DNA of 64,000 nucleotides from Bythopirellula sp. (GTDB taxonomy: Bacteria > Planctomycetota > Planctomycetia > Pirellulales > Lacipirellulaceae), in the NCBI GenBank assembly GCA_965216565.1, contig OZ244170.1, positions 5,024,001 through 5,088,000 of the forward strand, read 5' to 3'. The translations under genes were made by a program, and so were the position numbers. The notes beneath the pieces were generated by a model. The model saw nothing but the letters and a program-made list of their open reading frames with translations. It was not told the DNA's origin and searched no databases. Position 1 is the stretch's first letter. The number at the start of each line of letters is the position of its first letter. Positions 1 to 9,559 of this stretch are shown here, one piece after another.

Positions 1-278
1 AATTGCTCGGCTGGCTCCTCAAGAATGCTTGTATGTCGACTATGGCTGTGTTGTGTGGATTTATGCTCGGTTCACTTCGGTTGATGTGGCCCTTTCAAAG
101 GGACCTCACTCCTAAAGTGGAGAAGCTCAAGCTCAAGCAATTCGAGCCAATTCTGCCAGAGGCCTGGGACTACGAGGTCACTGCGTGCCTGGTCATTGCC
201 GTGGTTGCGGTGGCTGCCGTGTTTATGCTGGAGAGATTTTCAGTCTGTGAGGAGCCTAAAAGTCAACCTGAGCAGTAA
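1..278 (+). CDS. DUF368-family membrane protein, C-terminal part (5'-truncated by window edge)
   Basis: AVLCGFMLGSLRLMWPF resembles the C-terminal GxxxGSLxxxWP motif of DUF368, followed by a final TM helix. Confidence 0.7.
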   Translation, partial: LLGWLLKNACMSTMAVLCGFMLGSLRLMWPFQRDLTPKVEKLKLKQFEPILPEAWDYEVTACLVIAVVAVAAVFMLERFSVCEEPKSQPEQ

Positions 279-344
279 CAAACAGAATGCTGAGAGTTGG
301 ACGTCGGGTCACTGAACATAGGGGCTGTGCACTTCCCCCCTGCC

Positions 345-1571
345 CTACTCCGCTCGATAGCCGGCCTGCTCCACGAGTTTTTTCACGTGAGCCGCAGACG
401 TCCTGCCATACACCTTGGCATAACCCGGCTCGAGCGTGATTTCCACGGCGTCGATTGCTTCGTCGGCCATCAGCTTGTCTTCCAAGCCTGCAACGCAATT
501 GCCACATGTCATCCCACGGACGCAAACTTCAACGGACTCGCCCTCACGTGCTGATTTAGTTTGTCGACTCCGCCAATAGCGAGCCAGATCTTGCCACGCG
601 AAAAATCCGATGAGCAGTAGCAATAGAATGGCCGGGCCGATACTCCACCAGTGATTCATGGTGTGAAGTTCGTGCTCCGTGGGTGATTGGGCTTCGATAA
701 GCGACTCAAAGGCCCAGCCGCTGGCGATGCTGCCGAGGATGATTGTCACCAAGTAGATCACGAGTGGACGTCGACCGAGAGTACGGGATACGGCCCCCAA
801 CGTCGCTGCATTGGTGGCTGGGCCTGCCATCAGAAAAACCATCGCCGCACCTGTGGGCAATCCACCTGCGACAAGCGCCGCAGCAATGGGCACCGACGCA
901 GTTGCACAGACATAAAGCGGGAGCGAAATGCCGAGGGCCACTCCCATAGCCGCCAGCGTACCGCCGGTTCCGAGGCCGGTGAGGGCCGTTTCGGGCACGA
1001 GCGTGGTGATCGCCGCGGAGACTAAGACGCCAACAACTAGCCAGCCCCAGATCGACTGAATGAGCTCCAGCGAGTGGGTGACGATCTCTCGCAGCTTACC
1101 CGCAGTGTGATGCGAATTCGCCGGTGGGCTTGATGGCGAAATCTCCTCAGCCTGCGGTAAAGCGATCGATTCGTCGACGTTCTTCAAATCCGCGATCCAT
1201 CCCCCCAGCAGCCCCGTGACTGCCGCACTAATTACTTTGAAAATGGCGAACGGCCAGCCCAGCATCGAGGCGCTCACCAGTATCGAATCGGCACCCGTTT
1301 GCGGCGTACTCGTAAGAAACGCAACGACTGAGCCCGTGCTGGCGCCGCTCTTTTTGAGTTGCAGCCCAACCGGAATAACGCCACAAGAGCAAAGCGGTAA
1401 CGGCACGCCCAACGCCACGGCTTTTAGCACGCTCCCTCGGCCGGTGAGTTGATTACGCAGGAAGCTATCCGGCACAACCACATGCAGAATGCCGCCAATC
1501 AAAGCGCCCAGCAATAGCCAGGGGGCCAGTTCCAGCAGGACACTCCAGATGGCGAGAATGAATTCGACCAT
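345..1571 (-). CDS. ArsP/DUF318-type (SO_0444-like) permease with C-terminal HMA metal-binding domain
   Basis: PLPLCSCGVIP and PLYVCATASVP motifs in two TM halves; His-rich loops; C-terminal GMTCGNC. Confidence 0.88.
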   Translation of the reverse strand: MVEFILAIWSVLLELAPWLLLGALIGGILHVVVPDSFLRNQLTGRGSVLKAVALGVPLPLCSCGVIPVGLQLKKSGASTGSVVAFLTSTPQTGADSILVSASMLGWPFAIFKVISAAVTGLLGGWIADLKNVDESIALPQAEEISPSSPPANSHHTAGKLREIVTHSLELIQSIWGWLVVGVLVSAAITTLVPETALTGLGTGGTLAAMGVALGISLPLYVCATASVPIAAALVAGGLPTGAAMVFLMAGPATNAATLGAVSRTLGRRPLVIYLVTIILGSIASGWAFESLIEAQSPTEHELHTMNHWWSIGPAILLLLLIGFFAWQDLARYWRSRQTKSAREGESVEVCVRGMTCGNCVAGLEDKLMADEAIDAVEITLEPGYAKVYGRTSAAHVKKLVEQAGYRAE

Positions 1572-1650
1572 ACGCTCATCATACGCAGACTAGGTATATA
1601 GGGTGAGTCCACCCGGAGCCTTTTCCAGGGTGGAGAGTTTTGCTGAGCGC

Positions 1651-1693
1651 AATAAAAAGGGCCGGCGAAGTGCGGGATACTTCGTCGGCCCTT
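1651..1693 (-). terminator. Intrinsic terminator (minus strand)
   Basis: 15-bp stem 1657-1671/1679-1693 with one mismatch, followed on the minus strand by TTTATT. Confidence 0.7.
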
Positions 1694-1817
1694 AGAGGGG
1701 GGGAGACTTACTTTTGGGTGGGACTGTCTCTTGCGAGGGCTCAAGCGTGGTTGGCACTAAATCCTAGGTGTGCCCGCGGGATTGGCCGCTTGAGTCTCGC
1801 GACTCTCTTCTACCGAC
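1651..1817 (-). ncRNA. Candidate ~165-nt structured small RNA (or attenuated leader)
   Basis: Lies between a sigma54 motif and a terminator; long stem GCGAG-A-CTCAAGCG...CGCTTGAG-CC-CTCGC with inner GGCAC/GTGCC; no convincing ORF. Confidence 0.45.
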
Positions 1818-1827
1818 GCGTAAGAGA

Positions 1828-1844
1828 AGCAAAGGGGATGCCAA
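1828..1844 (-). promoter_or_regulatory. sigma54 (-24/-12) promoter
   Basis: Minus strand TTGGCATCCCCTTTGCT: TGGCA...TTGCT with exact GG-N10-GC spacing. Confidence 0.65.
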
Positions 1845-2158
1845 AAGTCGGACTGGCCCGATCCGGAAACTGCTAGCAATTGCACAAAGCCTAGCATTAC
1901 GCCGGTTTGTAAGGATTTAGCTTGGAAAAAGAACATCCGACCACCGCGAGCTAGCATGGTGGGGTAGTCGTGAAGTTGTAATAGTTACCAAAGCCGATTG
2001 TAGCTTTTGCCTGCTGGCGGTGAACTTCTTACTCGCTGCTAGCGTACAGAGCCTTCCGAAAGATTGCTTTTTGCCTCGTGAATGCGGTTCGCCTGTTGCA
2101 GGGAGGCGAGTCTCGTTATGATGCTAGGCCCTGCTAGCACCCAAGGTATTTCCAGCAC

Positions 2159-2845
2159 ATGCTGCTGATAGAGAACGTCAAGAAATCTTACCGCGAGCCG
2201 AACGGCGAGCTGCTGCCAATTCTCGACATCCCGCGATTCGTTATCGATGCGGGAGAGCAGGTCGTGCTGCGCGGCCGCAGCGGCTGCGGGAAAACCACGC
2301 TGCTGAACTGTATTGCCGGGCTGACGACGACAGATTCTGGCAACATCACCATCAACGGCCAAAACATTGTTGGCTTGCCGGAGGTTTCCCGCGATCGATT
2401 TCGTGCTTGCTTTCTGGGGTTCGTCTTTCAAACATTCAATTTGCTCCAAGGCTTTACGGCCTTGGAAAATGTCCTGCTCGGAATGACCTTCACGGGGCAA
2501 AAGCCCGACTACGATCGTGCCGAAAAACTGCTGGCCGATGTGGGGCTGGGCCACCGATTGACGCACAAGCCGACGGCCCTTTCAGTGGGCGAGCAACAAC
2601 GGGTCGCGGTCGCCAGGGCTCTTTCGAATCAGCCGAAGCTGCTACTCGCCGACGAGCCAACTGCCAACGTCGACCCGGCCCACCAACAGCAAGTGATCGA
2701 CCTGCTCCGCGAAGCCTGCAGCCGCGAGAACATTGCCATGCTACTAGTAACCCATTCGCCAGAGGTCTCGCAACAGTTCGACCGCATAGAAACACTCGAA
2801 GAAGTCAACCACGCCGTCCCCAAGTCCCTAGCCTCCAGCCTCTAA
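2159..2845 (+). CDS. ABC transporter ATP-binding protein (LolD/MacB type)
   Basis: Walker A GRSGCGKTT, signature LSVGEQQRV, Walker B LLLADEPT, VTH switch. Confidence 0.95.
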   Translation: MLLIENVKKSYREPNGELLPILDIPRFVIDAGEQVVLRGRSGCGKTTLLNCIAGLTTTDSGNITINGQNIVGLPEVSRDRFRACFLGFVFQTFNLLQGFTALENVLLGMTFTGQKPDYDRAEKLLADVGLGHRLTHKPTALSVGEQQRVAVARALSNQPKLLLADEPTANVDPAHQQQVIDLLREACSRENIAMLLVTHSPEVSQQFDRIETLEEVNHAVPKSLASSL

Positions 2846-2861
2846 CTCCTAGCTCCTCTAC
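2826..2861 (+). repeat. Degenerate 7-nt tandem repeat
   Basis: cctagcc-tccagcc-tctaact-cctagct-cctctac across the ATPase stop/permease start. Confidence 0.5.
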
Positions 2862-2864
2862 TTC

Positions 2865-4184
2865 ATGTCCTTCTGGAAAATAGCTTGGCGCAACATGGAA
2901 CAGCGAGCCCTGGCCTCGTCGCTCACGGGGCTGTCGATGGCGCTGGGCGTCGCGCTCATGATTCTGGTGATTGTGATTCACAGCGTGACGGTGGAGCAGT
3001 TCGAGAACGATGCCGAGGGGTATCATCTGATCGTCGGTGGCAGCAAAGGCGGCGACATGCAATTGGTGATGACCACGGTTTTCCATTTGGGAAAGCCGCT
3101 CTATCCGATTCCCTGGAGTTACTACAAGAAGTTTGTCGATGGCGAATTCGCCCCCTACACGTCGGTAGCCGTTCCCTATTGCCTCGGCGATAGCTATCAC
3201 CACGAAGACTTGCAGTTTCGCGTAGTGGCTACTTCTTCCGACCTATTCGGTTCGATCGCATACGGAGCCAATGAGGATGGCACCGACCGCAAGTATGAGT
3301 TTCGAGAAGGACGAAACATCAAAGACGAGAATTTCTTCGAAGCGGTGATCGGCTCAAGTGTGGCACGAAAGACGGGGCTCAAAGTGGGCGATTCCATCGA
3401 GCCAACCCACGGTATGAGTTCGGGTGGGAACAAGCATATTGAGTTTGAGGTTGTCGGAATCCTAGATACAACGGGCACGGCCAATGATCGGGCCATCTTT
3501 GCGAATCTAGAGGGTTTCTTCCTCCTTGATGGGCATCAATTGACGCCCGAGGATGGCGAGGCGCACAAAATGCCTAGCGAAAGAGAGCTAGCCGAAGGTG
3601 CGGAGGTGAAACCGTTGCCTGAGGCACAGCGCGAGGTGACATCGATCTTGGTGGTTTGCAAAGATTCCTTCGGTCCGATGATTCTTGACAACAAAATCAA
3701 CAAAGACAAAGCGCGAATCGCCCAGGCGGTTGCGCCGCGTGAGGTCGTCAGCCGACTTTTAGAGGGCATCGTGGGACCCGTTCGGGTTGTGCTCATGGTG
3801 CTCACGATTTTGATCATCGTGGTGGCCGGCATCAGCATTTTGGTGAGTATCTACAACTCGATGAGCGAACGCAGCCACGACATCGCGGTGATGCGGGCCT
3901 TGGGTGCAAGCCGCACTGCGGTGATGGGCATTATTCTGGTGGAGTCCATCCTGCTTTCGCTTTTGGGTGGATTGGCGGGTGTGCTGTTGGGCCACTGCGC
4001 CCTGGCTATTGCGGCCCCCTATGTCGAGGCCAATGCCGGAGTGGTGCTGCGTTTCTGGCAGTTCAATTGGCTGGAGGCCCTGTTGATTCCCGGATTGGTG
4101 CTGTTTGCCTCGCTCGTGGGGTTCCTGCCCGCTCTCACGGCCTACCGCACCGATGTCGGTAAAACACTAGGTGGCGCTCGCTAG
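2865..4184 (+). CDS. ABC transporter permease, FtsX/MacB family
   Basis: N-terminal TM, large periplasmic domain, ERSHDIAVMRALGA motif, three C-terminal TMs, final LPALTAYR. Confidence 0.93.
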   Translation: MSFWKIAWRNMEQRALASSLTGLSMALGVALMILVIVIHSVTVEQFENDAEGYHLIVGGSKGGDMQLVMTTVFHLGKPLYPIPWSYYKKFVDGEFAPYTSVAVPYCLGDSYHHEDLQFRVVATSSDLFGSIAYGANEDGTDRKYEFREGRNIKDENFFEAVIGSSVARKTGLKVGDSIEPTHGMSSGGNKHIEFEVVGILDTTGTANDRAIFANLEGFFLLDGHQLTPEDGEAHKMPSERELAEGAEVKPLPEAQREVTSILVVCKDSFGPMILDNKINKDKARIAQAVAPREVVSRLLEGIVGPVRVVLMVLTILIIVVAGISILVSIYNSMSERSHDIAVMRALGASRTAVMGIILVESILLSLLGGLAGVLLGHCALAIAAPYVEANAGVVLRFWQFNWLEALLIPGLVLFASLVGFLPALTAYRTDVGKTLGGAR

Positions 4185-4268
4185 GGGCGGTCTGAGCCGC
4201 AGTAGGGCGGTTTTCCACGTCGACCCCCTGCCGATACAATAGAAGAACCTTGCCACGATCCCAGCTAT

Positions 4269-5837
4269 ATGAGGAATTCGATAATCGTGTATCCCCGTCA
4301 TTCAGCTTTTTGTGTCTTCGTGCTTTGGTGCGCTGCGGAAGCAACGGCGGTAGCCTGCCCATTCTGCAGTGCGACCTCGCAGACGCTGAGTGAGGAACTC
4401 GCCACGGCTGAGGTTGCTGTTCTGGTGCGACTGACCGAACCTGCGGAGCCATTCGATCCTGCCACGTCGCCCGATTCGGTCGATCCCGATGCGGGTACTG
4501 CCACGTTCGAGGTTGTCGAATTCATTCGCGGTGAAAAGAAATTTCCCGAGCTGAAGCAACTAAAAGTCGTTTACTTCGGCGAGAACGATCCGAATCAATT
4601 GTTTCTAATCAACGGGATCGACGCCGGCATACCGCCTGCGAACAGTACCCAAGTGGCCGATTGGACGACTCCCCTGCCTTTGTCGAAACGCGGGAGGGAA
4701 TATGTGAAACTGCTCGACACATTGCCCAAGAAGGGCGCCGAGCGGTTGGCATTTTTCCAGAAGTATTTCGAAGACGAAGACCCCCTCTTGGCACAGGACG
4801 CCTACGACGAATTCGCTCGAGCCCCCTACAGCGAAGTCATCGCCCTGGGTCCGCAGATGGACCGTGGGCAATTGATGGAGTGGATCAACAACTCGGAAGT
4901 GGGCCCGACGCGACGACGGCTTTATCTCACCATGCTCGGCGTTTGTGGCAAACCGGAAGACGCAGACCAACTCGAGACGATGCTGAAATACGATTTCCAA
5001 CAAATCCAGCCCGCACTAAACACGATGGTGACGGTGATGGGGCTGCAGGGATCGCCCTTAGGCGCACCGATCGCTGCCGAACTAGTCCGGGCCGACGTGC
5101 GACGTCAGCAACAATGTCTCGACGCGCTCGTGGCAGCGTATCTCAAGCTGAAAGGGCCCGAGGGATTGCCGCTGATTAACGAGCGGTTCTTGGCGAATCC
5201 TGACGCTGAATACACCCATGTCTACGCCACGATTATGGCTTTGCGGTTTCACGGTGAAGAGACAGACGTATTACCCAAGGAACAGCTCTTGGAATCGATG
5301 CGGCTGGTACTCGATAACTCTGAGATTTCTGATCAAGTGATACCCGACCTCACCCGTTGGGAAGATTGGAGTATCCTGGACCGCTTGAATTCTATGTTTG
5401 AAGAGTCTGAAGAGGATGCCTGGATCCGTCAGCCGGTGATTTCCTACATGTTGACCGCTGCCGAGCAACCGGGCGAAGTGGGAGAGCGTGCCAATGCTGC
5501 CTTAGAGGCCATGGAAGATATCGATCCGAAGGCCGTGAAGCGCGCCCGTAACTATCAGAATTTCGGTATGTTTGCCCGTAGCTTCAGCGAGGGTGCCCCA
5601 ACCGCTGGGAATAATACTGATCAAGCAAACGAAACAACCCCAACAACAAAAGGGAATGACTCCGTTAGTGATCGGAAGCCCCCAAGGCAAAGATCCCCGC
5701 TGTCCTCCGCTAGAATTCCCAGCCAATTCACAATCATCACCACGCCGCTGGTGGCCTGCCTATTCTTAATGGGGCTCTATGCCTTGCTCCTGCGAAGTGG
5801 CGATGTACGAACTCCCAGCGAATCCCAGACAGAATAA
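4269..5837 (+). CDS. Exported hypothetical protein with N-terminal CPFC motif, helical-repeat body and C-terminal TM anchor
   Basis: Signal peptide ending AVA, then CPFC; 522-aa ORF co-oriented with the ABC genes. Confidence 0.75.
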   Translation: MRNSIIVYPRHSAFCVFVLWCAAEATAVACPFCSATSQTLSEELATAEVAVLVRLTEPAEPFDPATSPDSVDPDAGTATFEVVEFIRGEKKFPELKQLKVVYFGENDPNQLFLINGIDAGIPPANSTQVADWTTPLPLSKRGREYVKLLDTLPKKGAERLAFFQKYFEDEDPLLAQDAYDEFARAPYSEVIALGPQMDRGQLMEWINNSEVGPTRRRLYLTMLGVCGKPEDADQLETMLKYDFQQIQPALNTMVTVMGLQGSPLGAPIAAELVRADVRRQQQCLDALVAAYLKLKGPEGLPLINERFLANPDAEYTHVYATIMALRFHGEETDVLPKEQLLESMRLVLDNSEISDQVIPDLTRWEDWSILDRLNSMFEESEEDAWIRQPVISYMLTAAEQPGEVGERANAALEAMEDIDPKAVKRARNYQNFGMFARSFSEGAPTAGNNTDQANETTPTTKGNDSVSDRKPPRQRSPLSSARIPSQFTIITTPLVACLFLMGLYALLLRSGDVRTPSESQTE

Positions 5838-5954
5838 ATCAAACTAGATAGCGTAAAGCAGCTAGCCCAGGTACATAAAATCCCTCCTCTAATCCCTCTC
5901 CCAACGACGGGTGAAAGGGGTTATAGGATAAGCACGAAGAAGTTTTTTACACGT

Positions 5955-6671
5955 ATGGCAACTACCGAAGCATTTTCCAGTCCGACAGACCCCGAAGCCA
6001 ACGAGTTCGATTATCGACCTCTGAGCATGGCGGCCATTGCATCGCTTGTGTTCGGGCTCGTGAGTTCGTTGACGATTGTGGCGGCGCAAACCAGCCCTTC
6101 GCAATGTCTGATGATGTGTCCTATTCCACTGCTTGGAATTTTTTTGGGGGTGACCGCTTTATCTAGGATTCGGCAGATGCCCGACCAACTCACTGGCAAA
6201 GGTTTGGCTGTGGCGGGGCTCACGCTGTCACTCGTCGGGCTGATAGCAGGCGTTGGGTACGCTAGCTTTGTTTATGCGACAGAAGTTCCGGAAGGCTATC
6301 ATCGCACTTCGTTCGAAGAAATGCGGCCTGACGAGGTCGAACGGCGCGGCAATAACCTCATTCCTCGCGATATTCAGAAATTGGATGGCAAGAAGGTCTT
6401 TATCAAAGGCTATATGCGGGCCGATTCTACTCCCAGGCGACACAACGTCGACAAGTTTCTGCTAGTTCGGGATAATGAGCAGTGTTGTTTTGGCGATTTG
6501 TCCAGCGTGCAATTCTTTGACCAGGTCTTGGTGGAGACCGTTGACAATCTGACGACCGACTATTCGACGAGAATTTTCCGCACCGGCGGCACGCTTCGGA
6601 TTCATCCGGAGAACTTGGGACTCGGCGTGGGACACCCTGTTTACGAACTCGAAGCGGATCATCTGGAATGA
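5955..6671 (+). CDS. Membrane protein, DUF4190-like TMs plus DUF3299-like domain
   Basis: AIASLVFG...GKGLAVAGL TM pattern; LDGKKVFIKGYM...FLLVRDNEQCCFG. Confidence 0.75.
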   Translation: MATTEAFSSPTDPEANEFDYRPLSMAAIASLVFGLVSSLTIVAAQTSPSQCLMMCPIPLLGIFLGVTALSRIRQMPDQLTGKGLAVAGLTLSLVGLIAGVGYASFVYATEVPEGYHRTSFEEMRPDEVERRGNNLIPRDIQKLDGKKVFIKGYMRADSTPRRHNVDKFLLVRDNEQCCFGDLSSVQFFDQVLVETVDNLTTDYSTRIFRTGGTLRIHPENLGLGVGHPVYELEADHLE

Positions 6672-7180
6672 TTGCCCAGCGAATGGCCTTGCTGCTCCTC
6701 GGATGCCTGGTGCTTGCGTGCCTGGGGTGCAATCGATCTACCTCGATTGCCTCTGCCACAGGGAATTCCACAAGTAGTTCCAGTCCCAACAGTGCCGAGG
6801 GGACCCGCTACCACGAAAAGACCTTCGACGACATCAAGTTCGAGATGGAGAAGACAGAGACTTTTCAACGCTCAATGCTGACGCCGAAAATTGAGGAAAC
6901 ATTCGGCAAGAAAATTCGCATTCGTGGCTATATCTATCCCACGATGAAGAAGCGCGGACTCAAGCAGTTTGTGCTGGTGCGTGACAATCTTGAATGCTGT
7001 TTCGGACCCGGGGCGGCGCTCTACGATTGCATTCTGGTGCACATGAAGCCAGGGAAAACGGCCGAATACTCGATCCGCCCGGTGGCGGTGGAGGGGAAAT
7101 TCAGCTTCGAAGAGTTCAAAGACTTCGATGGCGTGACGCGAGCTATCTACCGCCTCGATGGCGACGCGGTGGATCCTTAA
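6668..7180 (+). CDS. DUF3299-like lipoprotein
   Basis: Lipobox CLGC; GKKIRIRGYI...FVLVRDNLECCFG; ATGA overlap with the upstream gene. Confidence 0.78.
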   Translation: MIAQRMALLLLGCLVLACLGCNRSTSIASATGNSTSSSSPNSAEGTRYHEKTFDDIKFEMEKTETFQRSMLTPKIEETFGKKIRIRGYIYPTMKKRGLKQFVLVRDNLECCFGPGAALYDCILVHMKPGKTAEYSIRPVAVEGKFSFEEFKDFDGVTRAIYRLDGDAVDP

Positions 7181-7197
7181 GAAATTGATGGCATGAA

Positions 7198-7276
7198 TGA
7201 GCCGACGGCGCTAGCCGCGGGTAGCCTCAGAGTTCGCCAAGCCACTGAAATACCCGCGGCTAGCGCCGTCGGCTCA
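7198..7276. repeat. REP-like inverted pair, family 1
   Basis: Perfect 26-bp inverted repeat TGAGCCGACGGCGCTAGCCGCGGGTA (7198-7223/7251-7276) between convergent genes; second copy at 37658-37739. Confidence 0.85.
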
Positions 7277-7322
7277 GTGTTCACAAACAGTTCGGCTTTG
7301 AAAGAATCTAGAACTGCTATTG

Positions 7323-9281
7323 CTACTCGTCTTCTTCGTCCTTGATGCCCAAGGCGGACAGCCAACGTCGACGTGGTTTTTCGGGGGAGTTTTCGTCTTC
7401 TTTTTGTTCGTTAAAGAAGTTCTGCTGCTCTTCGAGTTTCGCCTTCTCGCGGGCGATTTCGGCACGCTGCACGGAAATCTCTAGTTCTGCCTGTCGGAGC
7501 TTATCCTTCCACTCTTTTTGTAATTCGGCCAGGCGAGCCCGTTCTGTTTGGATTAGTTCATCTTTCTCGAACAACTCTTCTTGGGCTTCGCGACGTGCTT
7601 CTGCACGGATTGTCTCGACGTCTGCCTCGCTCGGACCTGCGGTTGGTTGCGAGCGGAGTTGTTGCTTCAGCTCGGCTAGCTCGCGGTCTTTGTCGGCGAT
7701 GACCTTATCAGTGATCGAAATTGTGCCTTCGATCGTGGCCCGCTCTTCTTGTCGCTGCGGCGAAGCGGACTGACCATCCTCTTCTGAAAGTTCTTGGAGA
7801 AGCCTTGCCTTCTGCGCCTGCCAATCGAGGCCACCACCACCTGTTCCACTGGCGTCTGCGGGCGAAGTAGGGATCGCTGACTGCGACTCCATTTGCTCTT
7901 TGAGCGATTCGTTTTCCTGTTTTAGGCTGCGGAGGTCTTCCACAGCCATTTCGAAACGCCTCTGTAGGTCATTCAGCTCTTCGATTTCGCCCTGCTCGGT
8001 AGGCATTGCAGCAGCATTTTCAAGCTGCTCGACGCGTTCAGCCAGGGCATCGCGTTCCGCACGCAGGCTGACAAGTTCCGGGGTTTCTTGCGTGCCATTC
8101 TCGGGACGCTGACTTAGCTCTTCGGTAAGCTCGGCATTGGCTTTCTTTAACTTGTGGACGTCCGAAAGAGCCAATTCACATTTGCGGTTCGACTGCTCAA
8201 GTTCTTCGGTAAGTTCGTCGAGTTGCTGTTTGTGGCTGTCTTCGAGTGTCTGCAAAGCTTCGTTGAGCGTGACGATTTCTTGCGTCTTGGCGGTAAGTTC
8301 ACTGGCCGCCTGTTGTTGCTCTTGCTGAACCGACTCGAGTTGCTCAGTAAGCGTCGAGAGCTGCTGCTCCAACTCGTAGTGGCCAGCTAGGGCGTCGGCG
8401 AGTTGCTCGCGGAGCTGAGATTGTGCTTGTGTTTGTTGTTCGGAAGAATCTTCTAGACTCGCCCGGGCGCCCTTGAGTTCGGCGGCGAGGCTATCTCGTT
8501 CACTTCCCAGTTCGGTAAGCTGTGTGCGAAGCTGTTCGATCTCGCTGGCCAGCACGTTCTTGTCGTTTTCGACATTTTCGTGCTGGGTCGTGAACTTCTC
8601 GATCTGGTCGTTGAGCCTCGCACATTCGCGTTCTGCTTCGTCACGCTGCTCGTTGGTTTCCTCGACTTGATCACTGAGACGTGATGTTTCTGATTTGGAA
8701 GTCTCCAGCAGTTCACGGATTTGCTCTAGCTCGGCGGTAAGCTGGTCGCGCAACTGAGCAAGCTCGTCATGGTGCTCTTGTTTTTCAGAGAGTTCACTGG
8801 TTAGCGCGCTAATCTGCTGGACGCTTTGGTCCTGCTCTTGCTGCAGCAGTTCCAGAGTCTGGCTCAGCTGATCGCGTTGTTGCTCGCTTGACTCAAAACT
8901 CTTATTGAGCTCGGCCAACTCTTCGGCAAGTCGTAGCTGTTCGGTCGATTGTTCGTTCTGTTGGTCTAACTCTTGCTGGGAGATTTGCTCGCGTAGCTCA
9001 GCAATCTGGGATTCCGCTGCCTGCAGAGCTTGGTCTCTCTCGTCGAGTTGCTCCTTTAATTCTAAGAGCTGTGCACCAGCTTCCTCATGGGTTTGCGAGT
9101 CGTTCCCCAACTCGGCGACAATCTGTTCAATACGTTTGCCTAGCTCCGCCTCAGTCTCTTCAATACGGCGAAGTTGAGCCTGGAGCACCTTATTGGCTTT
9201 CACGCGCAGATCGCGCAGAGTCTCCGCAGTTTCTGCGGAACGAGATTCCGCTGATTCAATCGGAGTTTGAGATTCTTCCAT
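7323..9281 (-). CDS. Long acidic coiled-coil protein of unknown function
   Basis: 652 aa, E/Q/L heptad-rich, no Walker motifs; C-terminal RRRWLSALGI. Confidence 0.8.
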   Translation of the reverse strand: MEESQTPIESAESRSAETAETLRDLRVKANKVLQAQLRRIEETEAELGKRIEQIVAELGNDSQTHEEAGAQLLELKEQLDERDQALQAAESQIAELREQISQQELDQQNEQSTEQLRLAEELAELNKSFESSEQQRDQLSQTLELLQQEQDQSVQQISALTSELSEKQEHHDELAQLRDQLTAELEQIRELLETSKSETSRLSDQVEETNEQRDEAERECARLNDQIEKFTTQHENVENDKNVLASEIEQLRTQLTELGSERDSLAAELKGARASLEDSSEQQTQAQSQLREQLADALAGHYELEQQLSTLTEQLESVQQEQQQAASELTAKTQEIVTLNEALQTLEDSHKQQLDELTEELEQSNRKCELALSDVHKLKKANAELTEELSQRPENGTQETPELVSLRAERDALAERVEQLENAAAMPTEQGEIEELNDLQRRFEMAVEDLRSLKQENESLKEQMESQSAIPTSPADASGTGGGGLDWQAQKARLLQELSEEDGQSASPQRQEERATIEGTISITDKVIADKDRELAELKQQLRSQPTAGPSEADVETIRAEARREAQEELFEKDELIQTERARLAELQKEWKDKLRQAELEISVQRAEIAREKAKLEEQQNFFNEQKEDENSPEKPRRRWLSALGIKDEEDE

Positions 9282-9559
9282 GACGATATGGGGTTGCCGA
9301 GGGTGCCGAAACGTTTCGTGTCCTAGCCGCGCGACTTAGGGAGTCTCCCTCGTCAGAAAGACCTATCGCGCAGAAGGTTTCGCAAGAATATATAGGTCGC
9401 TGGCGGCCTCGGGTCAAAGCGATTTTCGCTATCAGTATGGGTTCTGACGACTGTGACGGTCGGCATGCTCCGAATGTCGAAATTGTGGCTGATGAGATTG
9501 TTTCGCGCGTGGGTAAGGGAAACTAAACTGCACTTCGCCAATGGGTAATTCGGAGCATG

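Noticed and set aside
1690..1820. NiCo/czcD or other known metal riboswitch upstream of the HMA permease
   Set aside because: The only resemblance (GTGGGAC) is on the wrong strand and I cannot build the four-way junction
1973..1993. Zur-like box AAGTTGTAATAGTTACCAAAG upstream of the ABC operon
   Set aside because: Only the GTAAT-n-GTTAC core is quasi-palindromic; too weak without a lineage-specific matrix
7323..9281. Second SMC-family ATPase
   Set aside because: No Walker A/B or signature motifs; generic coiled coil only
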